Of a stretch of DNA of 64,000 nt, positions 41,826 to 55,700 are shown piece after piece. The stretch is from NCBI GenBank assembly GCA_023213395.1, contig CM041465.1, positions 138,515,741-138,579,740 on the forward strand, given 5' to 3'. Each line of letters opens with the position of its first letter. Position 1 is the first letter of the stretch. The stretch is from Cycas panzhihuaensis (taxonomy: Eukaryota; Plantae; Cycadophyta). A model generated the notes under the pieces. That model was not told the origin of the DNA, did no database searches, and saw only the letters and a program-made list of their open reading frames with translations. A program made the translations under genes and the position numbers.

Positions 41826-44800
41826 AATTGATTAATGAAAATAGAGATAACATCCTTACCTTCTAATTTGGATAATTTAATTATGAAATCCATTGAGATC
41901 TTTTCCTATTTTTATTTAGGTATATATAACAATTAGAGAAGGTTGGGGTTTTTTATGCTTCACCTTTGTTTCTTTGGGAAGTATCACATTCAAAAGTAAA
42001 CTTGTGCACATTTACTTTCATCCCCTTCTAAAAAAATAGGTTTCATAATTAGCGATATGTTTTATTAATCCCTATATATTTGGTGATTAGAACAAAGTGA
42101 GCCTGATTGAGTGCTTTTATTTAAAATGTTAATGATGTTGGTACTAATATTTCACCTTTTTATAAGATCAAATCTCCTTGGAGTTTATATTTTATTATTC
42201 TTAGAGCATGGCTCTCTTTTAGTATTTTTTGAGAAACTAGATAGTTATGATATTCCTAAGTTAGCTCTTTTATCTAGCTTAGAGTAGTTACAAAGATAGC
42301 TTATAGGGATACATTCTCTTTTTTGGTTTCAGGTATCTAGGATGGGACATCTACAATAATATTATCTTTACTCTTTTTGTATAAGATATTCAAATTAAAG
42401 GTTTGGAGTTTACTTATCCATTTTTATTATTTGTTAGATAATGTCTTTCAATTGAGGGAGTACTTGAGGCTATCATGATTTATTTTAACCACAAATTTAT
42501 TTGCAAGTAGATATTGTCTTTATTGACTTATGTTGCATATAATTTTTAGCCTCTTATATTCAATTTGTGGCTTCCATATACTAGTGTTCAATCATTTTGG
42601 AGTAGCACAACCCTCATAACTACTTTAGATATGTCACATTTGAATGTGAATGGTTAGGAGAAATCTAAAGTTGCAAGGATAGATGTTATGGTCATTATGG
42701 TCTTCAATCCTTGGAATATGTTTTTAGTTATCTAATTCTAAGAAAAGTGTCTTTCTTCATGAGATCAATTAAGGGGGTAGTGATATATATGTATCTTCTA
42801 ATAAATCATTAAATAAATCTAATAACTTCTAAAAAACTTTATAGTGGTTATATTTTTTGGTGTGGGCCATTCTATAATCACTTGAACTTTGTTTAGGTCC
42901 ATCTTAATGTCTTCTTTATGTAATAATATACCCTAAATATTCTAGCTTATTTTTTTCAAAAGTGTATTTATTCTTGTTAGTGAAGAATTGGTTGCCTTCT
43001 ATGACTTGCAACATAGCCTCGATATGCTCTAAATTTTTTTTCCAAGTTAAGTTGTAAATGAAAATATCATCAAAGAAAATTAACATAAATTTGCATAAGA
43101 AGGGTTTGAGTATCATGCTTATTTTAGTTTGGAAAGTAGTTTGAGTGTTTGTTAATCTAAAAGGTATAACGTGAAAATTGAATAATCCTTCATATGTATG
43201 GAATATTATTTTATATATGTCATCTTCTTTGATGTGGATCTAGTAATATCCTAAGCATAGATTGATCTCCAAAAAATATTTAATTATATATGTTTCATCT
43301 AGTAGGTCATCTATCCAAGGAATAGGATAATGACTTTTTATTGTGAGTTTGTTAAGCCCATAATATGCCATGTATATGTGATAAGAGCTATTTTCTTTTG
43401 ACTTTATATAATTAGTGACATCAAAGGGCTGCTGTTAAGAGTGATATACCCTTAATGTAGAAGTTCTTGCATAATTTGTTTATTCTCCTTTCTAAAATGA
43501 TAGGGATGTCAATACAAATGGATGTTTATAAGTGTTGTTGTTCTTAATATCAACTTGATGGGGTGTTTGTATCTACATTTTAGTGGCAATGCTTGGGGAG
43601 GTTCTTAAAAAACCTTGTTATGTTAGTGTATGATAGTTTGCACTTTGGTTGAAGCATCTTCTATCATTACATATGAAATAAGATTCTTCTTTAGTATTTT
43701 CTCCATATGATGTGATGCCACCAACTATGTCGGTGGTGTGAGAGGTGCCTATAACTTGTATTTATAGCACTTTTGATAGAATTTCATGAATTAATTCCTA
43801 TAGTTAGTGATAACATTCTCCAAATTCTACAACTATTGGATTCCTAAGACAACATCAACTCCTCCTATTGGCATGGCAAATACATATGTCATTATGGAGT
43901 ACTTTATAATTTGGAGATTCACCTTTAGGTAATATCTTCCATATGTTATAGTCTTAACATTGGTGATAGTAACTTGGAAGATATTAAGTGCTTAAAATGG
44001 TAAACCCAATTCTTTTATGATTGTATTTTTAATAACATTATGTATACTGTCATTGTTTATAAGGATAACAATCTTTGCTCCATTGATTATTCCATAAAAA
44101 TTGTAGCATTTGTAGAGTGGTGACTTCTCTAGTAATGACTTGTAATGATATCTATACATTTTTTGTATCAATGTTGAGTAATTCTTCAACCTTTTCTCTA
44201 TCATATGTATACAATGATTCTTCTTTTATTTTATATAGGATATATACATCTTCATTATTCATCATAAAAACTTTCTTTAAGGGACAATTGTAATCCTAGT
44301 TCTATTTTCCTCCACATTTGAAACATGTCCCTATTTTAAGATGCTCTTAGAGAGTTTAGTTCTAGTTATTCCTTCCTTATTTTCTTATGTGATTAGGGCC
44401 TCAACCTTTGTTCCTAATCTATCCCAATTTGGTTAGAAAGTTTGGCCTTCATGGTGGGGGAGTTTGTTTCAACGAACATAGATTTATCTCCGTTATTTAT
44501 ATTTTGCTTCTACATTTTTTTCCCTAGTGAATAACTTTAGTTAAAATGACTTCACCTATCATTTTTATGTGGTATTTAATGTTTTCCCTTAATCATATAA
44601 TACAAGCTTTGATAAGTCAATTTTGTGGTTAACCAAACTATGTAAGGATTGGAATTATTCTATGTAATTTTAATCCAAGCCTATTTGTTGTAAGCACATG
44701 GGTTAAGTGAAGTAATTAATATTCCATATGTCCTTGTACTAGTATATTAGGCATTCTTTTAGAAAAATCTAATTAATATTCTTTGTTCCTCTATAGAATC

Positions 44801-45901
44801 TCTTCCACTAATAGAACCACTTAAGTGCCTTATTGTATAAATAGAGGAATACCACCAAAATTTGATCCTAGTTTGACAATTTATTTTCTTAGAAGTAGAT
44901 CTCCATCTAGACGATCCAACTAAGGATGTCCTTTGATTTATCATGGTCATATTTTTCTAGAAAAAACTTTATACCTTTGAGACCTTTTCTTAGTTTAAAT
45001 TATCATTCTTCCTAATTCTCTTCTTTGAATTTATTTTCTCTTTTATTTGATGTCTCTACCTCATCTTTAGGTCTCTCTTGTTTCTTAAGGTATTTAGATA
45101 ATGCTCTATTGTGAGATTGTGGAGACTCTTTATTTCCCCTTTTATGTATACCATGCCATCACTTAGGTTATCTACCCTGTGATTTATGTCCTCTATAGTT
45201 ATTGATGATCCACAATTTTTCCTAGTTGAAGTGTCTTTGCATATCTCAGGTCCATTTATATATAAAAGGAAAGGAGTGGGGGTTAAAAAAATACTTTTTT
45301 CTACTTGAGCACCCTAATTTTGTTACTACTACATTATATTTTTAGTCACAAAGATGGCCACAAAAATGTGGCTCTAATGCCACTTGTAGGAAACTAATAG
45401 GGATTGACACTTAAAAGGTTGATAATTGCTATATAACAAACTAACTTTATGGAGTATTTATACAACTTATTCAATGAAAGAAAGGAAAAAAAACTGTATC
45501 TATTATTGTATACTCCAAGTAGATTGAAATATCAAGTAAAATAATATATACCAAATATCATAAAACTTATAAATATGAAATCCTGAATCTTTCTCCCTCT
45601 TCAAGACAATGTATCAACTAAAAACTATTGCCCCTAAGGCCAAAGATATAGTAGATTTGAATCCATAATTATACCTAAGAACAAAGTTGAAGAGCCTTAT
45701 AAATAGGCAGGTGGATTAGATTTAAGGAACTCAACCAAAGTAAGAAATGGAAGTCCACTAGAATGGATAATAGAAGTTAAATAAAATATATTTTAAAGTC
45801 AACCAAAAAATATAAAAAATAACTCTTACTTGAAGTTAGCCAAATTGAGCCAAAATATATCATAAATAGAGGTTGGTTAAGCTACTAGAAGGAATGTTAT
45901 A
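40363..45901 (-). mobile_element. Chromovirus (Reina-like size) nested in the Tat polyprotein, 5539 bp
   Basis: LTRs 40363-40877 and 45385-45901; PBS (minus TGGCATTAGAGC) 45371-45382; PPT (minus TGGGGAGGGA) next to 40877; degraded TSD GTAGT/GCAAT. RT FFDDIFIY (ORF 42916..43116) and chromodomain EYITKWK..QEDTT. Confidence 0.92.
41755..41821. repeat. (TA)n microsatellite within the chromovirus integrase region
   Basis: Directly visible. Confidence 0.95.
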
Positions 45902-45906
45902 GCAAT

Positions 45907-48741
45907 TCAACCAGAAGCATTGAAGAGGAATTTAAAAAAGAAATACCTTATAATATTGGTCCAGAGGAAGATCCCAAAAATATCTTTTTAGGAGAAAGTT
46001 ACATAAAAGAAGACATTAAAGAGATTCTCTCCTTATACTAAGAATATCAAGATGTCTTTGCATGGATATATGAAAATCTAAAAGGGTTTGATCCTAAAAT
46101 TATGTAATACAAGATTCCTTTAAGGCTAGGATCAAAACCTTTTAGACAAAAGCAAAAACCTATTAACCCAAAGATAAGGTAGCTTATTTGGAAACAAATA
46201 CTAAAGTTTAAGGATGCCAACATTATCTATCTTATTAAATATAATGAATGGGTTGCTAATTTAGTTCTAGTAAAAAAAAGGAATGGAGAGTAAGGCTTTG
46301 CATCAATTTTAAATATTTGAGTAGAGTATCTTTGAGGGATAAGTATCCCTTACCAAGGATGAAATAACTATTGCAAGTAGTGATGGGCTTAGGGATGATG
46401 CCATTGTTAGATGATTCTCTAAGTATAACCAAATTTTGGTTAATAAGGACAATAGCCATAACACTACTTTCACAACCCTCTAGGGAATGATTGCATGTAA
46501 GAAAAGTTCATTTGGTCTAATCAATGTTAGAGCTATATTTTAGAGAGCCATGGATGAATCCTTTAAAGGATTATAGTTCATCATTATAGTGGTTTATTTG
46601 ATGACATCAATGTGTTTTCTAAAGATAATATTGACTATGTTGGTCATTTGATATGCATTTTTTAGAGGTGTAGATAGTTTGGGATATCTTTGAACCTTGA
46701 AGAAGACTATCTTTGGGGCTACCAAGGGTAAATCGTTGGGTCATATTGCCACATAAAAGGGAACTTATATTGATGTAGATAGAGTTAAATCCATTTAGGA
46801 ATTATCCTCACCTACCCACAAGTAGGTATTATAATCATTCTTTGGTAAAATAAATTTCTTAAGGAGGTTTATTATGGAATCTATTAGGATAACTTTGCCT
46901 ATTAATAAGTTACTAAAGAAAGAAACATTATTCAAGTGGGACCAGTCAACTAAAGCAACATTTGATAAAATCAATGAAGCTATCGCCTAAGCATCAATGC
47001 TTGCTTCTCCCAACTTTAACAGAGATTTTATTATACACTCCTATGTAGTTGAGGGATCACATATGCCATTCTTCTTTAGAAGAATGACCAAAACAAAGAC
47101 GAACCTATAGCTTTCCTAAGCAGGAGCCTAAAGAAATATCAATTGAAATATGTTGATACAAAAAGATAAGCTTATGCTTTGGTAAAAGCCATAGAAGACT
47201 TAAAGCATTATATCATGCATAATCATACTATAGTCTATGTTCTAACATCTTATGTTAAGAGCATACTTACAGATGTCGACCCTATTAGGAGATGGGTAAA
47301 ATGGCTAGCTAGAATTCAATAGTTTGACCCAAAAATCAAACCTATAAAACCCATTAAAGGTCAAGGGTTATGTCATTTAATTATTAAGTTAGAGTTATAG
47401 AAGTTTATCAAGTTGAAAAAGGGGTTAAAACAAGGAGATAAACACCTGATAGGTGTTATAGAAGAAGAAGATTTAAGATTTTCTCCTCTGTTACAAGATA
47501 TTAAGTATTATTTACAAAATAGTGAATATCCTCACCATCTAGATAGGAGAGGCCAAAGGACTTTGAAGCTATGAGCAACCCCATATATGTTAGTCCACAG
47601 AGAGTTATATAGAAGGAACTATGATGGTGTGTTGCTCAAATGCTTTACTGTAGATGAAGTCCAAAAAATTATAGAAGAGTTCCACTCTAAAATGTATGGA
47701 TGCCATTTTTCTACTAAGGCTACTACTCCCAAAACTCTAAGCGATGCTTTCTACTGATCTACTATTTTTAAAGTGACTCATTTAAAAGTTAGAAATCATG
47801 AAACATGTCAGTGGTTTATAGGTAAATAAAGACTGAATGCCATACCTCTTAAAATGGTATATATAAATCAACCATTCCAGAAGTGGGGACTGGATTTTAT
47901 AGGTCCAATAAACACACCTTTAAGTGAGGGGTATACATTCATTCTTATTTCTACTAATTATTTTATGAGATGGGTCGAAGTTGTTACAACTAAAAGGGCT
48001 ACCACTAAAGGGGTCATAGACATTTTATAAGAAGTCATTATGCCAAGTTTAGTGTCCCACCCTTCTTAGTTTCAAATAATGGCATAGCATTCACTTCTAA
48101 TAAGATGATTAATTTCTATTGAGACTATGGAATTTTCTTAAATACTTCTTCAAATTATTATTACTAAGGTAATAATTTAGTAAAGTCTACTAATAAGAAT
48201 CTTATTAGGATTCTGAAAAGAGTAATTAAGCAAAGTAAAAAAAAAGAACTAGTAGATAAAACTTAAATTAGCTCACTGGATGTACCTAGCTACTATTAAA
48301 GAAGTGTTATATTACTCATCATTTCTCCTAGTCTCTAGAAAGGAAGCCATAATTCCTCTTCACTTGGCTTTTAATACATTAGTTTTAGTTGAGTTTGAAG
48401 GAAACAAGTAAAATGTTTTAAATGATAGAATCATCAAGATTTTAAAGTTAGAATAGAAATGGGAGGAGGCTAAGGACAATCTTCTTTATCATCAAGGCAA
48501 AGAAATAAGGTCCTTTAATAATACGTATATATGAGACTAGTTTTAGTTCTAAAGATATAGTACTAATGTAGGGTAAGGCCAAGGAAAATCCTAGAGCTAA
48601 CAAGAAGTTTGACTCTTTGTGGATTAGGCCTCATAGCATTATATAAGTATTTGAAAATAATGCCTTTAAACTAATAGATGCTAAAGGACGAGAACTACAT
48701 ATTCTAATTAATAGGAGATACTTGAATTATTACTATAAATA
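45907..48741 (+). pseudogene. Tat element RT, RNase H and integrase
   Basis: EYQDVFAWIYENLKGFDP, KPFRQKQ, DKYPLP, FGKINFLRRF, PFQKWGLDFIGPI, YFMRWVE and KFDSLW motifs. Confidence 0.93.
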
Positions 48742-48900
48742 AGGTTGAGATCAAAGATGTCAAATACATCACCTAATATCTATAAATAGTGTATATAATT
48801 TCCTTTTTAACATGGATTTACCTCTTTTTTTTATATATAATTGTTTTAAAAGAGTGAAGACAACAAAATAATAAAATACTTTAGATCACTTATAGGGGGA

Positions 48901-50299
48901 TGATTAGAAATAAGGAGGCCTATATGACCCCTTCAAGGTGTAACAATACAGAATTTTTTTTGACAAGTATTTGAGGTAGTCCCCAATAGGCTTTTACATT
49001 GTTAAGTTTCCTATACCATTGTTAAGTGATAATATTGATAGAGGGTTTTATTAAGAGAAAAAAATGGTTTAAGTACATAATAACTATAGCAATAAACAAT
49101 TCATGGCATTAAAAGATTAATATACAATAAAAGCCATACATAGAATAAAACATTATTAATCAAAAGGGAGCATTCTTTATGTTTGTAACAGGAAAGTAAT
49201 GGCACATGAAGTTTTCACACAGGATACTCATTGATGTGAGAAATATCGATCCAAGTAATAGTCACTCTAAACAGTATCATATGGGGAAAGTTCTTCATAG
49301 GAGAGAGGCAAATAATATAGCCCAACTCTTTCCATTCTTACATAATACTCTTTTTGTTGGTAATCATCTCTTAAGAGAAAAATAAGCCTCATGTAGGATA
49401 AATAACTTGTGAGATAGTAAAATAGGTACGAAAAAGACCATCAAGACCCATTACTTAACACTAAAAGAGAAATTTATTCTTGTAAGGTAAGTTCTCAGAT
49501 GCAAACTCAAGTTAAAAGATAACTTAAAAAAGGAAGCATTGATGTAGGAAGTATTAATATGGGAAAAGGGAAAATGAATATGTAACTCTTGTAAGAACAT
49601 CTTCCCACGAAGACATCACTTTCATGAGAGAAATGAACAAAAATACCTTTCATATGGGAAAATATGATGTAGGAAGGTAAGATATGAGAAAGTAAGAGCT
49701 AATAATATAGCTCCACATAATCGTCTCCAATGCAAAGTATGATTTCCATAAGACTAACTCACATAAGAGAGGCTTAATGCAAGTAAAGGTTAATATAGGA
49801 AAGCTTTATCCCACTAATTTTAAATCTCCTATGATAAAAAATAATATAAAAATGAGTAAACTACCAAAATTTATTAGGAACATTTGTGTGTGTGATTTCA
49901 AACATGCTAGAGTAATGAAAAGGTAGGTGAACATTCAGTATGACCACAAACTTGATATACTTACAACCCTAAGGTCATACATTCATTTGATGATGTCACT
50001 TTAAAAGAAACACTAGTAAGGAGGGGCAAGGATAGAGATTCAAGTCTACATGTGAATTTGCAATATAATAAAAGGTTAGTGATTTAGCCCTTGGCACTTT
50101 GAAGCTTTATATTATATTAATAAAGTGAAAATAGGGGTTATACTCGTTTGTATCTTCTTTAAGCATACAAATCATAGAGGACACTAAGGTTAATTATTCT
50201 AGTTCAAAGCCTCAACTATATTTGGATTGAAAAACCAAAGTTAGAGTTATGTAGCATTGTGGTTTAGCTAGAATCATTTTTATACCTAAAATGTCCCCA
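48901..50299 (+). repeat. Start of the putative 3' LTR of the Tat element
   Basis: Follows PPT AGGGGGA and begins TGA. The first ~165 bp align with 27345-27503; the rest has no visible partner. Confidence 0.55.
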
Positions 50300-51442
50300 T
50301 GTAACATAACCCCACCTTTCCTTAGTAAGAGGCAACCACCAACAAGTAAGGATTAAGGGGTTTAGTAAGTTATGTGTATGGACTGCTAAGTCGTCCAATA
50401 AGATATAAGGCCACTAGGGCTACCAATAGAATCATTAAGGATGAAAACCCTTACCTGTGTATTTAAAGGGTTAAACCACTCATAATGTTATTTGAGTATG
50501 ATATCTTGAAAGGAGAAAGTACTTCGGTACTCATTTTGGTGATTCATTTTCTGTGATCTGCTTACACACTCGTGTTATTTGGCTTCATTTTCTACTAACT
50601 ATCACTCCTACGAGCCTAGATTTCTGAGAAGGGATGGTCTAAGTGGTATCAACGCTACGTTCGTGATTATAGGAAGCTGCCCAGAATAGCAATTTTTTTT
50701 TTCTGGGTATGATTGAGTACTCTTTCTACCTAGGTAGAGATTGAGGAAAGACCTTCACTCAGTACTCTCTCTAAGAAGATTGAGGAATGGTAGAAAGACA
50801 AATTAGAGGTCACGAAGTGAAGGGGAATTTCGTCCTTCAGGTACCACAAGTAATTTATTTCTTCTACATTCAATTTAATTTTTAAGCTTTCTACATTGGG
50901 TTATATTCCAAGGAAAGATAACTTGGTTAGTGGGCTACTAGGTAGGTAACTAAACGGGTTGGGTGGCTACCCAGTAGAGACCATATCTGGGATCTTTAAA
51001 GATCATAGGGATATGTTGTTCTGGCTAAGCGCATCATGGCTTTTCCACCCCTTGCGTAAAGGATTGGAGATAACACTCCTGAACCAAGCCCTAGACAGAA
51101 CCTGGCTACAGAAGTGCACCTCTAGGTCCCTCCAGGTATATAGGAGGACCCCTTTAGGATTCCCAAACCCTCCCTAGCACATGTAAACTATCGGCCACTG
51201 AAGTCTTGTAGAGCAGTGGTTAGCGGTTAGCACCACGAAGTTACCTGCCCTGAACTTCTGCATCATAAGTTTATTGATAGGCCTATAAGACCAAGCACAC
51301 CTCATTCTACAATGGGTAGGATATATCTGATCATTTGATGCTTTCCTTGCCCTAATCTTAATCACAAGCCACTAATTGCCTGAATTTAAAACTTGTCGTC
51401 GCACCAAGCCTCAAAAAAAAAAAAACAAAAGAGAGAGAGAAG

Positions 51443-52342
<900 letters not shown>

Positions 52343-52782
52343 AGAAACAAAAATAAAATAAAAATAAAAAATAACTCCACTTAGATCTTGCTTACAGTGC
52401 AAAAAAATTACCCTTATAACTCATATACCTCAATTCGATCATCATCTCGTAAGGGTCATTTTGCACTAGGTTAGTCTACACCCCCAATTTTCACTCTTTT
52501 TTTGTACCCGCACTACTAGTAGGCCCCACCACTCCAAATTCACCTTAAAACTCATACATCCCATTTCATAAGTTTTTTGTGCTCTTTCTAGTGGACTAAA
52601 TATCTTGCTTATGTAAATTTGGGGTCAACAGGCTATAGACACCCCACATTCCCTTATTTGCCCCTTCTTTCCCATATAGCAACTCCCTATTCTTATATCC
52701 TATTTTTTCTTGAATCTGTCCCACTTCATTCTCTCCCTTCTTCCTACTTACTCCTACTTCTTTAATACCCTTCTTCAACTCC

Positions 52783-55700
52783 AATGGAAAAAAATCAAAC
52801 AAAAAAAAATTCTGAGTTGATCAATGACTTGTCTAATTTCAAAACAGAGGTCAGTGATAAACTCAGTAGCATGCTTACTAAATCTGACCTGGATGACATC
52901 AAGAAAGAGATTCTTAGACTACTTCAATAGTGGGTGCCACCCCAACCCCAAAGCACAAGAACTCCTACCTCAACGGGCAACCAACCTCCCCCTTCTCCAG
53001 GAAGCAACACATATACAGGAGGTTCTCCACCAAGACAACCATTTTTTCACCATAAGATCAACATTCCTAGCTTTGATCTAGATGTGAATAGAGAGTGCAC
53101 TCGAAGTTGGATTAATAAGTTAGAATCCTACTTCACTCTCCACCTGATGTCAGAAGAGGACCAACTCTTATATGATTCCATTCACTTAGATGGTTGAGCT
53201 CACCATTGGTTTAACTATTGGAAGTGGGAATATCCCTCTCACCGAACTTGGTCCCACTTCACTAGTTATTTCTTCAAACAATATGAAGATATATAGAGTC
53301 AATCATTTTTCATACAACTCACTCAGCTTAAGCAAACATCAACTGTAGAAGCTTACATAGATGAATTTCAAGCTTTATATAACTGCACGCCACAAAGCCA
53401 AAACTTGGATAAATAAATAGTGATTGATATTTATGTGGTGGGACTCTAAGACCATATTCAGATAAGATTAAAGAAAATGGTAATTTACTCCCTTAAAGAA
53501 TCTTTCAAGTGGGCCCGTGCAGTAGAAGATGAGTTTGCAGCTAACAGACCCTCAGTTATTCGATGAGATAACTCTTGGTTCTCACGCACTCGACAGGCAG
53601 ACTCCTAGTGACCTCGACCTCAATTTGACGATGCCTCTCATCCTCAAGCTAACTTCACACATCCTCGGCCACGACAAGATGATTCTCGACCATCTATTGA
53701 TCACTAGAATGAGGATATATCTACCAAAAGAGTTTAGATTTCTCAAGCTAAAGCACAACATCGACTCGAGGCTAGCCTTTGTATATAGTGTGCAGAAAAG
53801 TGGACTTTTGGGCATGGTCATTTTTGCAAAGCGCGGTGTATAGTTTTCTCCATTGACCCATCCCTCTCCCTTAATGATCCCTCTGACTCTGACTCTAACT
53901 AGGAGGCAGATGATGAAACCCATGATGCTCCTGCACTAGACCCCCAACTTGAAGTATCTATATCCACTGTTACCACCTCCTCCTGCCCCAAACCCTTAAG
54001 AGTTAGAGGCATTCTCTGCAAGACTCCAATATCTATCTTGATTGGCGGTAGCACATCACTTAACTTCATTGATATTTTGATAGCCAGACAACTTAACCTA
54101 TATATTGTCCCAAAAACTAGCTTCACATGTTCTCTACAAGGGTACTAGAAACTCCATTGTGCAAGTATTATTAAAAACCTCTAAGTCCAAATTGGCTCAT
54201 ACATTTTGGTGTCAGATTTCTATGCCTTGTCAATAGGCAGATCTGATGCCATCTTAGGGATTCAATGGTTGCAAATACTAGGGACCTATAGCATGAATAA
54301 CTTGCCTACAAATCCATTCATTGCCTTCAAAGACCACATGGGACAAAACCACAAAATTTATGCAATGTAATCCCCCCCTAACCAAGTGGTCTCTCCTAGA
54401 TGTATAAAATGCCATCTTCAATCTCACCTAGGGTATATAGTTCACCTCAATAATATTCAAATTGAACCACAAATTGATCCCTACATCCAAGATGTCATTA
54501 CCTAATATGATCAAGTATTCGTCCCTCTGCCTGCTACTACCCGTCTTGACCGCGGTCTCTATTATATAATTGACCTCCAATCTAACCATGACCCCATCAA
54601 CCTTTGACCTTACTGTAATTCATACTTCCAAAAGAATGAAATCGAGAAACTCATGAATGAGCTCCTTGACATGGGCATAATCCAACTAAGTAAAAGCCCT
54701 TATGAAGCCCCAATTATCTTAGTTCGGAAGAAGGATGGCTCTTTTTGCCTCTGTGTTGACTATAGGGAATTAAATAAGATTACCATTAAAAATAAGTTTC
54801 CCACCCCTCGCATAGATGACATGCTAGATGAAATCCATGGTGCAACCATCTTTTCTAAGTTAGACCTCCAGTCTGGTTACTACCAAATCCTAATTGCCCC
54901 ATAAGATTATCATAAGACAACATTTCACACACATCATGGCCATTTTAAGTTTCGAACAATGCCCTTTGGCCTTTGCAATGCCCTGGCAACCTTCCAAGCT
55001 CTCATGAATAAAATCTTTGGGCGCTACCTTCAAAAGTTTATCATAGTTTTCTTTGATGACATTCTTATTTATAATGCCTGCCTGGATCTCCATATCCAAC
55101 ACTTAGAAATTATTCTTCAAATATTGCAGAGCCACCAACTCTATGCAAAACTATCTAAGCGTGAGTTTGGACAATCAGAACTCAAATATTTGAGTCACAT
55201 CATATCATCAGAAGGGGTACGCATAAACCTCGACAAAATATCGGTCATCACAACGTGGCCAACACCTACGACTCTTACCTAACTATGAGCATTTCTTGGG
55301 CTCACAGGGTTTTATCGACACTTTGTGTGTAACTATGCTGCTCTTGCCATCCCATTAACTAACCTCCTTTATAAAGAGGCTTTTCAATGGTCTCATGAAG
55401 TAGAGGCTGCCTTTTCCCACCTTAAGATTGTAATGACCTCCACTCTGGTCCTCATCACTCCTAATTTTAACCAACCGTTCCAACTTGAATGTGATGCTTT
55501 AGGGTTCAGTTTAGGTGCAGTCCTAATGTAAGACTCTCATCCCATTGCATTTTAAAGTTAAAAATTAAAACATCATGAGCTTCATCTCTCTACATATCTG
55601 AAAGAAATGAAGGCTTTCCTCCATGTTATTAATAAATAATGGTAATATCTCTTAGGCTCTAAGTTCACTATTCTTACAGATCATCGTAGCCTCCATAATT

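Noticed and set aside
50959-51177. Leader ORF (72 aa) as an accessory gene
   Set aside because: TTG start; the homologous region in the sister element has stops and a 1-nt frameshift.
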